Source of the DNA: a virus
Virus record (IMG/VR): IMGVR_UViG_3300036398_002581
Coordinates: 5,570 to 69,569 of that record
Length of the DNA: 64,000 nucleotides
Strand: one strand, 5' to 3'
Every line of letters begins with the position of its first letter. Position 1 is the stretch's first letter. The translations under genes were made by a program, and so were the position numbers. The notes under the pieces were generated by a model that saw only the letters and a list, made by a program, of their open reading frames with translations, searched no databases and was not told the DNA's origin. Below are positions 54,366 to 63,903 of this stretch, one piece after another.

Positions 54366-55090
54366 TTGACCTGCCCCCAGGCGTTTTCCGGTGCCTTCTG
54401 GCCGTTCGTCCAATACTCGGTCGTGTGCTGCTGCACCTTGCCGCCATCGGCGCTCCTTGAGGGCCACGTCACCATCAACTCGGCGTGCCCGACGCTGACG
54501 TGCGTAGCCAGCCCCAGCGTGTTTCCACAGGCCGCCCAGGACTTCCAAAAGGCGATGTCTTCGTCGGTATGCCCGCCGTTCCACTCGCCCTGGTCATTCG
54601 CACGAGCGATGAACCAGGGCTTCTTCATCTTCTTCAGGGCGGCGGTTCGCAGGAACGTCAGCCCGAAGTGTGCCGTCTCGACCGGCTGCACCACCTTGCC
54701 AAAGAATTCGCCGTCGACCGTCGTCCTCTCGTCAGCGTCGCTTCCTGCCAGGGCGAACATCACGGCGTTCGCCTCCCGCTTCGTCTGGAGCGGCGCGATT
54801 GCGTCGAAACCAGAGTGCATCAGCAGCGTCAGCAACGCCTCGACCGTCTTCGCGTTGAAGACCGTGTCGTAGTCGACGGTCAGGATCACGTCGTGTGAGT
54901 CGATGACCTGTTCCATCGCTCGCTGAAGGCACTGGCCCCAGAAAGCACCCGTCACCTTGATGGGACTGATGCCATGCGGGGCCAGTGCCGACGAGACGCA
55001 GAAAAAGTTGTCGGTGAATCCCAGTCGCGGGGTCGACATGACCGCCGCGACTTTGATTTCCGCTTCGACGTTGCCTACTCGCATCAGCAT
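54362..55090 (-). CDS. GT-A-fold glycosyltransferase-like protein
   Basis: ILTVDYDTVF (DxD), HFGLTFLR, KKPWF, DEDIAFW, VGH. Confidence 0.7.
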   Translation of the reverse strand: MLMRVGNVEAEIKVAAVMSTPRLGFTDNFFCVSSALAPHGISPIKVTGAFWGQCLQRAMEQVIDSHDVILTVDYDTVFNAKTVEALLTLLMHSGFDAIAPLQTKREANAVMFALAGSDADERTTVDGEFFGKVVQPVETAHFGLTFLRTAALKKMKKPWFIARANDQGEWNGGHTDEDIAFWKSWAACGNTLGLATHVSVGHAELMVTWPSRSADGGKVQQHTTEYWTNGQKAPENAWGQVN

Positions 55091-55166
55091 GGATCGCTCC
55101 TTATGTGGAGCGGGCGCGCATCCATGCGCCTTTGTCGGCCGTCATGGCCGTCCCGCAAGTCGGGAA

Positions 55167-55592
55167 TCAGCCCTTAACCCAGCCGAGCACGCCAGCATCA
55201 GCCGCCGTCACCGGAGCCTCTTCGCCACGCGACAGACGAGCCGTCACCACAGTGTTCACGCTGACCGCGGGGGTCGCCGTGACCTTGAGGTAACGCTTCT
55301 TCGCCTTGGTGTCGACATCGAGCTTCACGATCGATGCCACGGCCGTGTCTGACACGGTCGGAATCGTGAAGTCGGTGCCGCCGACGAGACCGGGCACGTT
55401 CGAGTAGGACACGTTGTCGTCCGACTCTTCGACCTTCAGCACGCTGGCGAAAACCGTCGAGGCGTTGCTCGCCCGCATCACGGTCACGCTCGCGTGATCG
55501 TAGCCGCGGGTGTCGATCGTCAGGGTCACTGCGCTGGTGCCGACGGCCGCTGGGACGGAGCCGACAACCTTGTCGTTCTGAGAATGGATCAT
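55167..55592 (-). CDS. capsid decoration/cement-like protein
   Basis: IDTRGYD, LKVEESDD, KRYLKV; follows the MCP. Confidence 0.65.
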   Translation of the reverse strand: MIHSQNDKVVGSVPAAVGTSAVTLTIDTRGYDHASVTVMRASNASTVFASVLKVEESDDNVSYSNVPGLVGGTDFTIPTVSDTAVASIVKLDVDTKAKKRYLKVTATPAVSVNTVVTARLSRGEEAPVTAADAGVLGWVKG

Positions 55593-55630
55593 GGTTCTAG
55601 GGTTCTCCTTCTAGAGGGGTGTTGTCAGGC

Positions 55631-56983
55631 TCACGACGCCGCGGACTTGAGAGCAACCACGGGGCCGGCGGTCGTGTTGTCGCCGAGCGAGTGATGAACC
55701 ACGTCGAACCGCATCGTGCCTTGGAGCAAGAGCTGATCGGTCGTGGCGTAGACTTGGTCGTACATCCGCACTGCGAAGTCGCGGCGACGAGCGTAGATGC
55801 TGGACAGACCCAGGTTCGCGAAGAGAACCTTGACCTTGCCCGGATCGGCACCGAGCGTGCCGTCGAGGACGTGAACGTAGTTCACAGGAAATCCCATGAA
55901 CTGCTCGGTCACGCCACCGCCGACCTGCTCGACGGTGTTGCCACCGGCCGCGTAGCGGAGGCGGGCCATCGAGGCAGCAAAGCCGGCCGGCGAGATGTAC
56001 CACGCTGCACCCTGGCGGGCGTAGAGAGGCATCTTGCCGATGACCTTGATGAAGTCGGTCACGGTCAGGGTCTCGAAGCCCGTGGCACCAGCACCGGCAG
56101 TCACGACGCCCGCGTTGTGCGTGCCGTCATTGACCTTCGGCACCACGCCGTAGATTCCGCCCGAAGCAGAGTCGCCCGCGCCGAGCCAGCCGACCAAGTC
56201 GGTCTTGTAGGCCAAGCTCGTCGCGAACTCCGTAGCCACGGCATCAGCGATCGACACAAGAGCGTCTTCCACCACCTCGCTCGACATGCGGGTTCCCACG
56301 GCCAATTTCTTGGCAATGAGCTGCACGTTCGAGTAGGTCGGCTCGCTCTCGCTCACCGCGGTGCCTTCGCCGACGAAGTAGGCCGTGGTGCCCGTGACAC
56401 GCTTCGGGATGATCATCGTGTCGCGGGTCATCGTCACCTTCTCGACATTGCTCGCTGCGAAGGTGCCGAAATTTTCCACCAACCTGATCACGCGAGAAGC
56501 GAACTCCTCTGGGACGAGAGCACCGCCAGAAGCGTTGCTGTTCTCGCCCATCGCGCGGTTCTCGACGCCGTGATCCTTGCACCACCGGAGGTCTTCGGCG
56601 TTCTTGAAGATGTGAGCCCGGAGCCACCTGCCGCAGCGGTAGGCACTCTCGACAGCCTCGGGGCCGTCGTTGAATGCACGCAGGCTGGTGTGGTGAGGCT
56701 GGATCGAACGAATCTCGACCTTCTTCTCCTCGACCTTCGCGGCGACTTCAGCAGCCGGAGCCGGGGCAGGGGCGGCCTTCTCGACCACGGCCCGCAGTTC
56801 GGCTTCCTTCGCGGCGATCCGCTCCTCGAAGTCCAGGGAGGTCTTCAGGTCGTCGGCCTGAGTGCCGAGCGAGATGAGTTCCTTGGTCTGCTCGGCCGAG
56901 CGATCCTCGATACCGGACAGTTCGGTCATCCGAGCGGCGACAGCCGCTGCACGTTCCTGAAGACGCTTGAGATTCGACGCCAT
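55631..56983 (-). CDS. major capsid protein, HK97 fold with N-terminal delta domain
   Basis: GGALVPEEF; A.FVGEG; SSEVVED; MRFD. Confidence 0.95.
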   Translation of the reverse strand: MASNLKRLQERAAAVAARMTELSGIEDRSAEQTKELISLGTQADDLKTSLDFEERIAAKEAELRAVVEKAAPAPAPAAEVAAKVEEKKVEIRSIQPHHTSLRAFNDGPEAVESAYRCGRWLRAHIFKNAEDLRWCKDHGVENRAMGENSNASGGALVPEEFASRVIRLVENFGTFAASNVEKVTMTRDTMIIPKRVTGTTAYFVGEGTAVSESEPTYSNVQLIAKKLAVGTRMSSEVVEDALVSIADAVATEFATSLAYKTDLVGWLGAGDSASGGIYGVVPKVNDGTHNAGVVTAGAGATGFETLTVTDFIKVIGKMPLYARQGAAWYISPAGFAASMARLRYAAGGNTVEQVGGGVTEQFMGFPVNYVHVLDGTLGADPGKVKVLFANLGLSSIYARRRDFAVRMYDQVYATTDQLLLQGTMRFDVVHHSLGDNTTAGPVVALKSAAS

Positions 56984-57128
56984 TTTGGCCTGCTCCTTGG
57001 TTTGAGCCGGCCAAACGCACAATCGCGGCGGCCGGCGGGTGATCCCGCTAGCGCGCCGCGTGCTTGAATCCTCAAGTCGCTCGCACTGCCCCTCACGACA
57101 TCCGTCGTGAGGCAATGTCTCTCTATGT

Positions 57129-57158
57129 AGCCTAGCGACCTTGACTTGCGCCGTGCAA
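57129..57158 (-). promoter_or_regulatory. putative promoter TTGCAC-18-TAGGCT for the capsid gene
   Basis: Consensus similarity; implies a ~140-nt structured 5' UTR. Confidence 0.45.
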
Positions 57159-58802
57159 CTGAGTCCGAAGAATTGTCGCCTTCAGGTTCGCGAGCTTGAC
57201 GGCGATGTCGATGTTCTCCTGCTCCGCACGCATGTCCTCGGCGGGCTTGTCATCAACCGGCTCCGGCTTCTTCTCTTCTGCGCTCATACGTTCCTCGGGG
57301 ATGATCCACAGCTTGCACACGGCGTCGGCCGCAATTTCTCCACTCACGATGTAGCATCTGCCTTCCTCGGACTCGAAGAAGACGCAGTTGCTGCACTTCA
57401 ATCCGTCATTTGCGAACGGGTTCTCGGTCATGTAGTGAGCGTCATCCGGGCTCCAGGGACCGTACTCCTCGGCGATGCCCTCGTAGCACTCCGCAAGCGC
57501 GAGGTTCACCGCCGACAGCGTGTCCGCATACTCACCTTCGACGCCGTCTTCGCCGATGTCACGTTTGCCGCTCGCCCGCTCGATCTGCGAGACCTTGGCC
57601 TCACTCCACCGCCACGCTGGATCGCCGCCCCACAGCATCCAGGCGGTGTACCCTGGCGTTTCCTCGCCCTTATTCGACCAGCCGGGTCTCTTGTCGACCT
57701 TGTGGCGTCGGAACCACGCTCGCATCTCGCGAACGTGCTCGGGCGTCAGTTCTTCGCGTGCGGCGATCTTGCCGGCACGGGCCACCGTCTCAGGCTTCAG
57801 CCCGTCGCCCGATCGGCCCTCCTCGTGCAGGGCCAGACCGCGCTTCGCGGCGGCTGCCATGCCCGCGGTGGGCTTCAGATTTACGTCGGAGGCGGCGCGG
57901 GTCTCATCTGAGGCAGCCTCGGGGGTGGTTTCAGCAGAAGAGTCCACCGACGGGGCTGCCTCCGCGGGCGCGGAAGCAGCACGCCGATCCACCCACTTCT
58001 CGCCAGCGTCGCCGCCGGCCAGTTGCCACTCGATCCAGGCTGGCGAGCCTGACCAGCCCGTCACTTTCGCCGCCAAACACCGCTCGTAGACGCCGGAGAG
58101 GTACGAAACCTCCTCGACACTGACGATTTCGCGGTTCGCGACTCGTTCGGCGATGCAAAGAAGGCGAGAATCGATGCTTTCGTGCCTCTGGGCCAGCTTC
58201 AGGCCGCGCTTCGACGCATTCGCCATCGTCTGGATGGGCCGGAATGACTCACCCAGGGCCATTTCGATGGCTCGACGGCTCACAACCACGCTGGAAGAGT
58301 CGTATGCGGGCCGAACCACGGGCCCAACGTCCTCGAGCAGCCCGATCGCACGCACCTCACGCCTGCGAAGACCACGCTGACTGTCCGTCGACCACGAATC
58401 ACCGCCTTCTCGCTTGATCGCGAAGGCGAAACTGGACCCGACAACCGTCCGATCCTTCACCCATTCGACCACGTCGCGGCCGATGGAGGTGTTTTCGTTC
58501 GGCGTGATCTCGTAGCGAAGCCCATACGGGTCTTTCTTGAGTCGCATAGTACCATTTCCGGTACGTCCGAGCAGCAGGTTGCGGTCGTGATTGAACACGC
58601 CGATGACATCGGGGTTCTCGGCGAGCACTTCGTCGAACGCATTCGGGTGAATCGTCTCGATGAAGCCACCCAGGTTGCGGCTTTCGGCGTTAAAAACGGC
58701 GGCGTAGCCCGAAATCACGGGCTTTTTTTCGCCGTTACCCATGTCTCGGTACTCGATCGTCGCGTCCGAAACCGTCGTGCGCCGCTCAATCTCGTTGCTC
58801 AT
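57132..58802 (-). CDS. HK97-family prohead protease fused to two repeated domains and a HiPIP-like 4-Cys domain
   Basis: ISGYAAVFN, FNHD, SSFAF, V..PAY; W.L.GGD repeats; CSNC...C...C. Confidence 0.88.
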   Translation of the reverse strand: MSNEIERRTTVSDATIEYRDMGNGEKKPVISGYAAVFNAESRNLGGFIETIHPNAFDEVLAENPDVIGVFNHDRNLLLGRTGNGTMRLKKDPYGLRYEITPNENTSIGRDVVEWVKDRTVVGSSFAFAIKREGGDSWSTDSQRGLRRREVRAIGLLEDVGPVVRPAYDSSSVVVSRRAIEMALGESFRPIQTMANASKRGLKLAQRHESIDSRLLCIAERVANREIVSVEEVSYLSGVYERCLAAKVTGWSGSPAWIEWQLAGGDAGEKWVDRRAASAPAEAAPSVDSSAETTPEAASDETRAASDVNLKPTAGMAAAAKRGLALHEEGRSGDGLKPETVARAGKIAAREELTPEHVREMRAWFRRHKVDKRPGWSNKGEETPGYTAWMLWGGDPAWRWSEAKVSQIERASGKRDIGEDGVEGEYADTLSAVNLALAECYEGIAEEYGPWSPDDAHYMTENPFANDGLKCSNCVFFESEEGRCYIVSGEIAADAVCKLWIIPEERMSAEEKKPEPVDDKPAEDMRAEQENIDIAVKLANLKATILRTQLHGASQGR

Positions 58803-59272
58803 GCCGTCACCTGATTCGCGAGGTAGTTGTCCAGACCGATCTGTTCGATAACACGCTGTTTTGCCTCGATCGCCGCCACCGCTTCTTCGCTGCCTTCGAG
58901 CAACTGAGTGAAGATGACGGCAGAAATCTCGTCGCCGACGGCGCGGCAGGCCGCCACGTTGGCTCGCTCGACCTCCGCGGCGGCGGTTTCAAGCGAGAGG
59001 TTGGCTGCGAGGATGCCCTCGTAGTCGTGCCTGGGCCAATCGGGCTGGTCGTGGTCGTAGGTCGGCTGAACGTCGTAGTATTCGAGCCGCGCCTGAACCT
59101 CATGCAGATGCCGGCGTTCCTCTTCGGCCTCGCCGCGACTCGTGTCGGCAAGTTTGCCGTAGCCCCAGCGGTCGAAGTGCTCGGCCAGCGACTGATAGTG
59201 TTCAATCGCGGTCATGTGCAGCCGAACGGAGGCTTGCAGGGCGTCGATCACGCCTTCAGGTGCTTGTGGCAT
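58799..59272 (-). CDS. bacterioferritin-like protein
   Basis: AIEHY, WGY.KL, EEERRH, LETAA, IEQIGLDNYLANQ align colinearly with Bfr. Confidence 0.85.
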   Translation of the reverse strand: MPQAPEGVIDALQASVRLHMTAIEHYQSLAEHFDRWGYGKLADTSRGEAEEERRHLHEVQARLEYYDVQPTYDHDQPDWPRHDYEGILAANLSLETAAAEVERANVAACRAVGDEISAVIFTQLLEGSEEAVAAIEAKQRVIEQIGLDNYLANQVTA

Positions 59273-60899
59273 CGCTCGTCAGGTGCTTGTCGCACCAGTC
59301 CTCGGTTACTGATTCGTACTTCTGGCCGCTGCGATGGCACTCGAGCAGGAGTTCTCGCGAGCGACTCATCCACGAGCCCACGAACTTGTCGATGTCTCTT
59401 CCGGTAGCCTGTGCGGACTCGCGAAGCTCTTCACGCATCCGGCCGGTCATCTGATCAAGCCACGCAGCAAGCTTCTCGGGCTTATTGCGTCGCTCAAGGA
59501 CGCCGTCAGCCTCGATGGCGGCGAGTCGCCGGAGAGAAGTCTTGAAGACAACTTCGGCTCCTGCGATCTGGCGGGCGTCGGGGGCGTCTTCTCTGTCGGG
59601 GGCATCGCCAACCGTCGGTTCCGGCGGCCCGTCAACGCTGCCCTGGGGAGCGGGAGTCTGCGGCTTCTGGCCGGTTGGGTTCTCAAGCGTGAACGCCTCC
59701 AGCAGTTGCATGTTCACCTGAATGAACCGCTTCTTTCCGACGCCGTCGGGGAGCGGGTTGTAGCCGATCTGCGCGCGAATCTCGTCGATGTCGAGAGCGC
59801 CGAGGTTCGCCATCTCACGAATGAACTGCGACCGCGCGGCGTAGTCGCCGGCCATCAGCGAGTTCAAGTCGAACTGACAGAAATACTGCTTGTCGTCGAC
59901 CACGAGGTCTCGCCGACACGCCATCTCCCACCGCCGGCACCAGGGAAGCAGCGAGAACGTGACGAAGTCGATCGCCTGCTGCTCGACGGTACTGTGCCGA
60001 ACATCCGACAAGTCGCCGATCAAATACTGAGGCACACGATAGCAGCGTGCCACTTCAGCCAACTGAAAGCGTCTGGTCTCGACGAGCTGAGACGTGTCGT
60101 TCCTGACTTCGACCTGCTTGCGGTGAAAGCCGAACGGCATGATGACGGTTTTGTATGCCTTGTCCGGCCCTTGATGGGCGTCAATCCACTGGTCTTTGAA
60201 CCGGGCGAGCACCTCGGGTTTGTGAGGCTGGTCGGTTTCGATGTAGGTTCCGACCTGCGCGCCGTGCCCGAAGAAGCTGCCGGAGTGCAGTTCCGTCGCT
60301 CGCGCCAGGCCGATCGCGTCTCGCGACAGGGTCGTTGGCAAGTAGCCTGTCACCCCGTCGGATGAGAGCCAGCGAAGATGAAAAATCTCGTCCTGCCGAT
60401 ATTCCGTCGGGTCAGGCGTCGGCTGGATCAGGCTGGTGGACTCTCGGTAGTAGTATCTCAGCTTGCCGTTGGTGAGCCGCTTGACCTCCATCCGCGATGG
60501 ATGGAGCGGAATCAGCTCGGTGACCGCGCCGTTCTTGCCGCCCTTGATGTAGGCGTAGGCGTTGCCCCAGAGCAAAAGCCAGCTTTGCATGAGTTCCCTG
60601 AACTCAAAGCCGGTCATCCACGAGTTCGGCTGATAGGCGATCACCTCGTGCAGGTGCTGCTCCTCGGCAATCTCCTTGCCGCCACCGGGAAGTCGCCGGT
60701 ATACGTTGAACGGCAGGCTGGCGATCGACTCGGATAGCACGCGGACGCAGGCGAGAACGGCCGTGCATTCCAGAGCAGTTTCAGGCGAGACGGAGATGCC
60801 CGACGCAGTGCGACGGGTGCTCGAAATCTCCTCGAAAATGCGGGAGAGGTTACCGCGAAGCTCGATCAGATCGGAGACTTCTTCGTCGACTCTGTCCAC
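59256..60899 (-). CDS. HK97-family portal protein
   Basis: VLACVRVLSESIASLP; PNSWMT; GNAY; VPQYLIG. Confidence 0.95.
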   Translation of the reverse strand: MDRVDEEVSDLIELRGNLSRIFEEISSTRRTASGISVSPETALECTAVLACVRVLSESIASLPFNVYRRLPGGGKEIAEEQHLHEVIAYQPNSWMTGFEFRELMQSWLLLWGNAYAYIKGGKNGAVTELIPLHPSRMEVKRLTNGKLRYYYRESTSLIQPTPDPTEYRQDEIFHLRWLSSDGVTGYLPTTLSRDAIGLARATELHSGSFFGHGAQVGTYIETDQPHKPEVLARFKDQWIDAHQGPDKAYKTVIMPFGFHRKQVEVRNDTSQLVETRRFQLAEVARCYRVPQYLIGDLSDVRHSTVEQQAIDFVTFSLLPWCRRWEMACRRDLVVDDKQYFCQFDLNSLMAGDYAARSQFIREMANLGALDIDEIRAQIGYNPLPDGVGKKRFIQVNMQLLEAFTLENPTGQKPQTPAPQGSVDGPPEPTVGDAPDREDAPDARQIAGAEVVFKTSLRRLAAIEADGVLERRNKPEKLAAWLDQMTGRMREELRESAQATGRDIDKFVGSWMSRSRELLLECHRSGQKYESVTEDWCDKHLTSDATST

Positions 60900-60900
60900 G

Positions 60901-62403
60901 CTACAGCACCATGAGGGTTGGTTCGTCGGTATTGCCGTGGGTCTCGCTCGAGGCAATGCCCAAGGCCATGATCAGAGAAACTGCCCCGTCGATGCGGGCC
61001 GTGGAGTGACTGTTTTTCTTGGTCGGCTTGATGTTCCCGGCGTCGTCTACCTTCACCTGCACGTTCGACATCTGCCACGCCAGGACGGGGTTGCCGCCGT
61101 GACGCAGGCGTTTTCCAACGCAGAGTGTCTCAAGCAGCTTCGACGGCGCTGACATGCTGGCAAAACCTTGTCCAAAAGGCTTTACGTCGATGCCCTCGGC
61201 CGTCAACTGGGTCGTCAGATGCACTGCATTCCAGCGGTCGATCGCAATACTCCGAACCGCATTCTTCTCGCAAAACGAGAGAATGTAGTCGCGGACTACG
61301 TCGTAGTCTGTAATGTCTCCATCAGTAAGCTTAACAAATCCAGCGTCCGCCCAGGCTTGATACGGCACTCTGTCCTCGCGACCCCGCTTGATCGCGTTCT
61401 CCTCTGGGATGAAGAACATCGCGTGGATGTCATACGTCCCGTCGGCGTCCGGCCAGACCGCCACGAACGCCGTCGTGTCGAATGTGCTGGCGAGGTCGAC
61501 GCCACACCAGCATGGCCGCCCTGCCGTCGGCCTGAGAGGCTCGTTGTTGGCGTCCCAGGCACCGTGCCTGATCCACTTGGTTTCCGACTTCTGGAACTGG
61601 TTCAAATGTAGGGTTCTGAAAACGACTTCGTCGGTCGGGGACTGCTTCGCCTTCTCGGCAAATTGCTTGAAATAGTCGGGTTTTAGCGTGATTCCGTAGT
61701 TCGGATTCGCCTTCTTCCACGTCTCCTCGATGAACGGGTCGTCCTCGGGATCGGCGGCGTAGATGCAGGGTAGGAAGGTGTCGTCCTTCAGGACGCCGTC
61801 GCGAATCTTGATCGCCCGCTGCCAGTCCTTGTAACACGGGCCGTCCATGTCGGTGCCGGCCGTCGTGATGTAGATGGTCAGCGGTTGGCTCCTGGCACCA
61901 GTGCCCGTCTCGAGTACGTCGACCAACTCGCGGTCGGGAAAGACGTGATATTCATCGACCAATACGCAACTCGGGTTATAACCGTGCTTGGTCCCGGCCT
62001 CGCTCGATATGCAGATCATCGTCGAGTTCTTCTCGGGGAAGACGATGCTGTTGCGATATATCTTGCACCGCTTCGTCAGCGACGGGCAGCTTTCGACGAA
62101 CTGCTTCGCTGCGGTATGGAGCAGCGCCGCCTGAGAGCGGTCGCCGGCCGCGACGATTACTTCGGCCCCCTCGTCGTCGCAGCAGAGCATGTAGAGGCCG
62201 ATGGCAGCCGATAGGGCCGATTTCCCATTCTTGCGGGGCAACGCGAGCAAACTCGTCCGATACTGCCGCAGACCGTCGGGCTTCTTCGTGTTGAAGAGCT
62301 TGTCGAGGTACTCGTCCTGCCATCGCTCGAGGACGAAAGGCTTCCCTGCAAAGTCGCCGCGACTGTGCTTCAGTAAGCCGATGAATTGACGTATGTCAAC
62401 CAC
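60901..62403 (-). CDS. terL: terminase large subunit
   Basis: PRKNGKS, VDEYH, GVDLA, IDGAVS. Confidence 0.95.
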   Translation of the reverse strand: MVDIRQFIGLLKHSRGDFAGKPFVLERWQDEYLDKLFNTKKPDGLRQYRTSLLALPRKNGKSALSAAIGLYMLCCDDEGAEVIVAAGDRSQAALLHTAAKQFVESCPSLTKRCKIYRNSIVFPEKNSTMICISSEAGTKHGYNPSCVLVDEYHVFPDRELVDVLETGTGARSQPLTIYITTAGTDMDGPCYKDWQRAIKIRDGVLKDDTFLPCIYAADPEDDPFIEETWKKANPNYGITLKPDYFKQFAEKAKQSPTDEVVFRTLHLNQFQKSETKWIRHGAWDANNEPLRPTAGRPCWCGVDLASTFDTTAFVAVWPDADGTYDIHAMFFIPEENAIKRGREDRVPYQAWADAGFVKLTDGDITDYDVVRDYILSFCEKNAVRSIAIDRWNAVHLTTQLTAEGIDVKPFGQGFASMSAPSKLLETLCVGKRLRHGGNPVLAWQMSNVQVKVDDAGNIKPTKKNSHSTARIDGAVSLIMALGIASSETHGNTDEPTLMVL

Positions 62404-62878
62404 GCTTGGCTAGAAGAGCGTCCATCGGGTCTAGCACGACCTTCTCGGCGTGATAGCCCATGCGGGTGCGGTCGGCAGGCGTTAGGCCGAGAACGGTCTC
62501 AAGCTGCCGCAACTGCTCATGGCAGTGGTTACTCTGGGACTGCCACTTGTTCGGCCGGCTGAACCGGAGGGAGCCGTCGGGAGCTGTCACTTCCACCCAG
62601 CCGGAATCCATCTTGGCGAGCTGCATTTCCGCCTCTCGCCAGCGATCCCAGATGATCGAATACCGCGAGATCACCTCGACATCGCTCTCGGCCAGGGTGC
62701 CCATTCTCTGGGTGTAGCCGCAGACAAGGTTGAACATCTCCCTGGCTGCCGGCCGCATCCAGCCGGGGGCGGACGGCAGAGAGTGCAGGGGGGTGCCAAG
62801 CTCCTCGCGGTAGTTGGCTTCCTCAGAGCCTCTCAGCTTGAGGAGATGCTTCGGCGTTGGTGCTGGGCCTCTTGCCAT
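62396..62878 (-). CDS. terS: terminase small subunit (P27 family)
   Basis: MARGPAPTP..L; LGLTPADR. Confidence 0.9.
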   Translation of the reverse strand: MARGPAPTPKHLLKLRGSEEANYREELGTPLHSLPSAPGWMRPAAREMFNLVCGYTQRMGTLAESDVEVISRYSIIWDRWREAEMQLAKMDSGWVEVTAPDGSLRFSRPNKWQSQSNHCHEQLRQLETVLGLTPADRTRMGYHAEKVVLDPMDALLAKRG

Positions 62879-62880
62879 GC

Positions 62881-63903
62881 CTACGAGTATTGCACAGTAG
62901 GCAATGGCCCCGCAAAGGAGTCGGATTTCTTTATGTTGCACGCCCAGCAGGCGGCCTGGACGTTACTCGGTCTGTGGCCTGGGCCGTCGGGACCGTAAGA
63001 CAGCGGCACGATGTGATCGATCGTGGGGCTGCGGGGATGCGGAGTCTCGCTGCCATCGATCTTTGTCCACCGCGGAAGCAGCTCGCACTGGCATATCTGG
63101 CACGTCCAGTTGTCCCGGCGAAGGATCGACGTTTTCGAGAACGACTCGTAGTGGCACCCGTACTTAACGCATCGAAACTTGTGGCCGCCAGCGTTGCCGC
63201 CGACATTCAGCGGGTCGCCTGCGTCATTGCCCCAGGTTCCGAACCACACAGCGATCTGCTCGTCAAGCGTTGCCCCCGGCCGCCTTGTCAGTCTCGCGCA
63301 TGGGAGGCGAAGCCGCCTCGCCTCAAATGCGCATTCCCTGGAGCAGTATTTTCCGGCATTTCGCCCGGTTCCTCGTTTTCGGAACGGCTTCTGGCAACAG
63401 AGGCACTGCCGCTGCGCAGCACGGCTCTTGTTTCTTTTGATCGTCTCGGGTGCCCTCGCCAGCGCGACACAGCTCTGGCTGCAAAACTTGCTCCCAGAGT
63501 GCCTCTGCTTGAAGCTTTTTCCGCACTGCTGGCAAGGCTTAACGCATGGGCGGTTGGGGTATCGGCACTCGTCGCTACAGTATTTTGAGTTCTTAAACCG
63601 AACGAAGCCCTCACCGCATCTCAGGCATGTCCCGTGATGCGTCGGCTTCTTTGTCTTTCGCAGCTTGCGGCACTGATCGGAGCAGACTTCCCGGCGTCTG
63701 CCGACACTACTTGCGTCCTGCGGTACGTCTTTGCCGCAGACAGAGCACGGCACGACCGCGGGCTTCGGCGACCGCGACGAAGCTCGGCAGCAGGCCGCAG
63801 AGCAATACGTCCTGGGCTTAGGGCCAAGGGAGGGCGGCACAGAACCGCCGCATACGGGACAACTTTGGCCTTCCTTGGCGTTTTCTCCGGCGTCTCCACG
63901 CAC
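62881..63903 (-). CDS. HNH endonuclease with multiple CxxC...(Y/F)CS..C zinc-finger repeats
   Basis: Five Cys repeats; RDNWTCQIC, DHIVPLS, NVQAAC..CN. Confidence 0.85.
   Translation of the reverse strand: MRGDAGENAKEGQSCPVCGGSVPPSLGPKPRTYCSAACCRASSRSPKPAVVPCSVCGKDVPQDASSVGRRREVCSDQCRKLRKTKKPTHHGTCLRCGEGFVRFKNSKYCSDECRYPNRPCVKPCQQCGKSFKQRHSGSKFCSQSCVALARAPETIKRNKSRAAQRQCLCCQKPFRKRGTGRNAGKYCSRECAFEARRLRLPCARLTRRPGATLDEQIAVWFGTWGNDAGDPLNVGGNAGGHKFRCVKYGCHYESFSKTSILRRDNWTCQICQCELLPRWTKIDGSETPHPRSPTIDHIVPLSYGPDGPGHRPSNVQAACWACNIKKSDSFAGPLPTVQYS

Noticed and set aside
55619-57067. 482-aa plus-strand ORF
   Set aside because: Antisense to the major capsid gene
62881-63903. HNH within a group I intron or intein
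   Set aside because: Free-standing ORF; the neighbouring terS is intact and no splice motifs were seen
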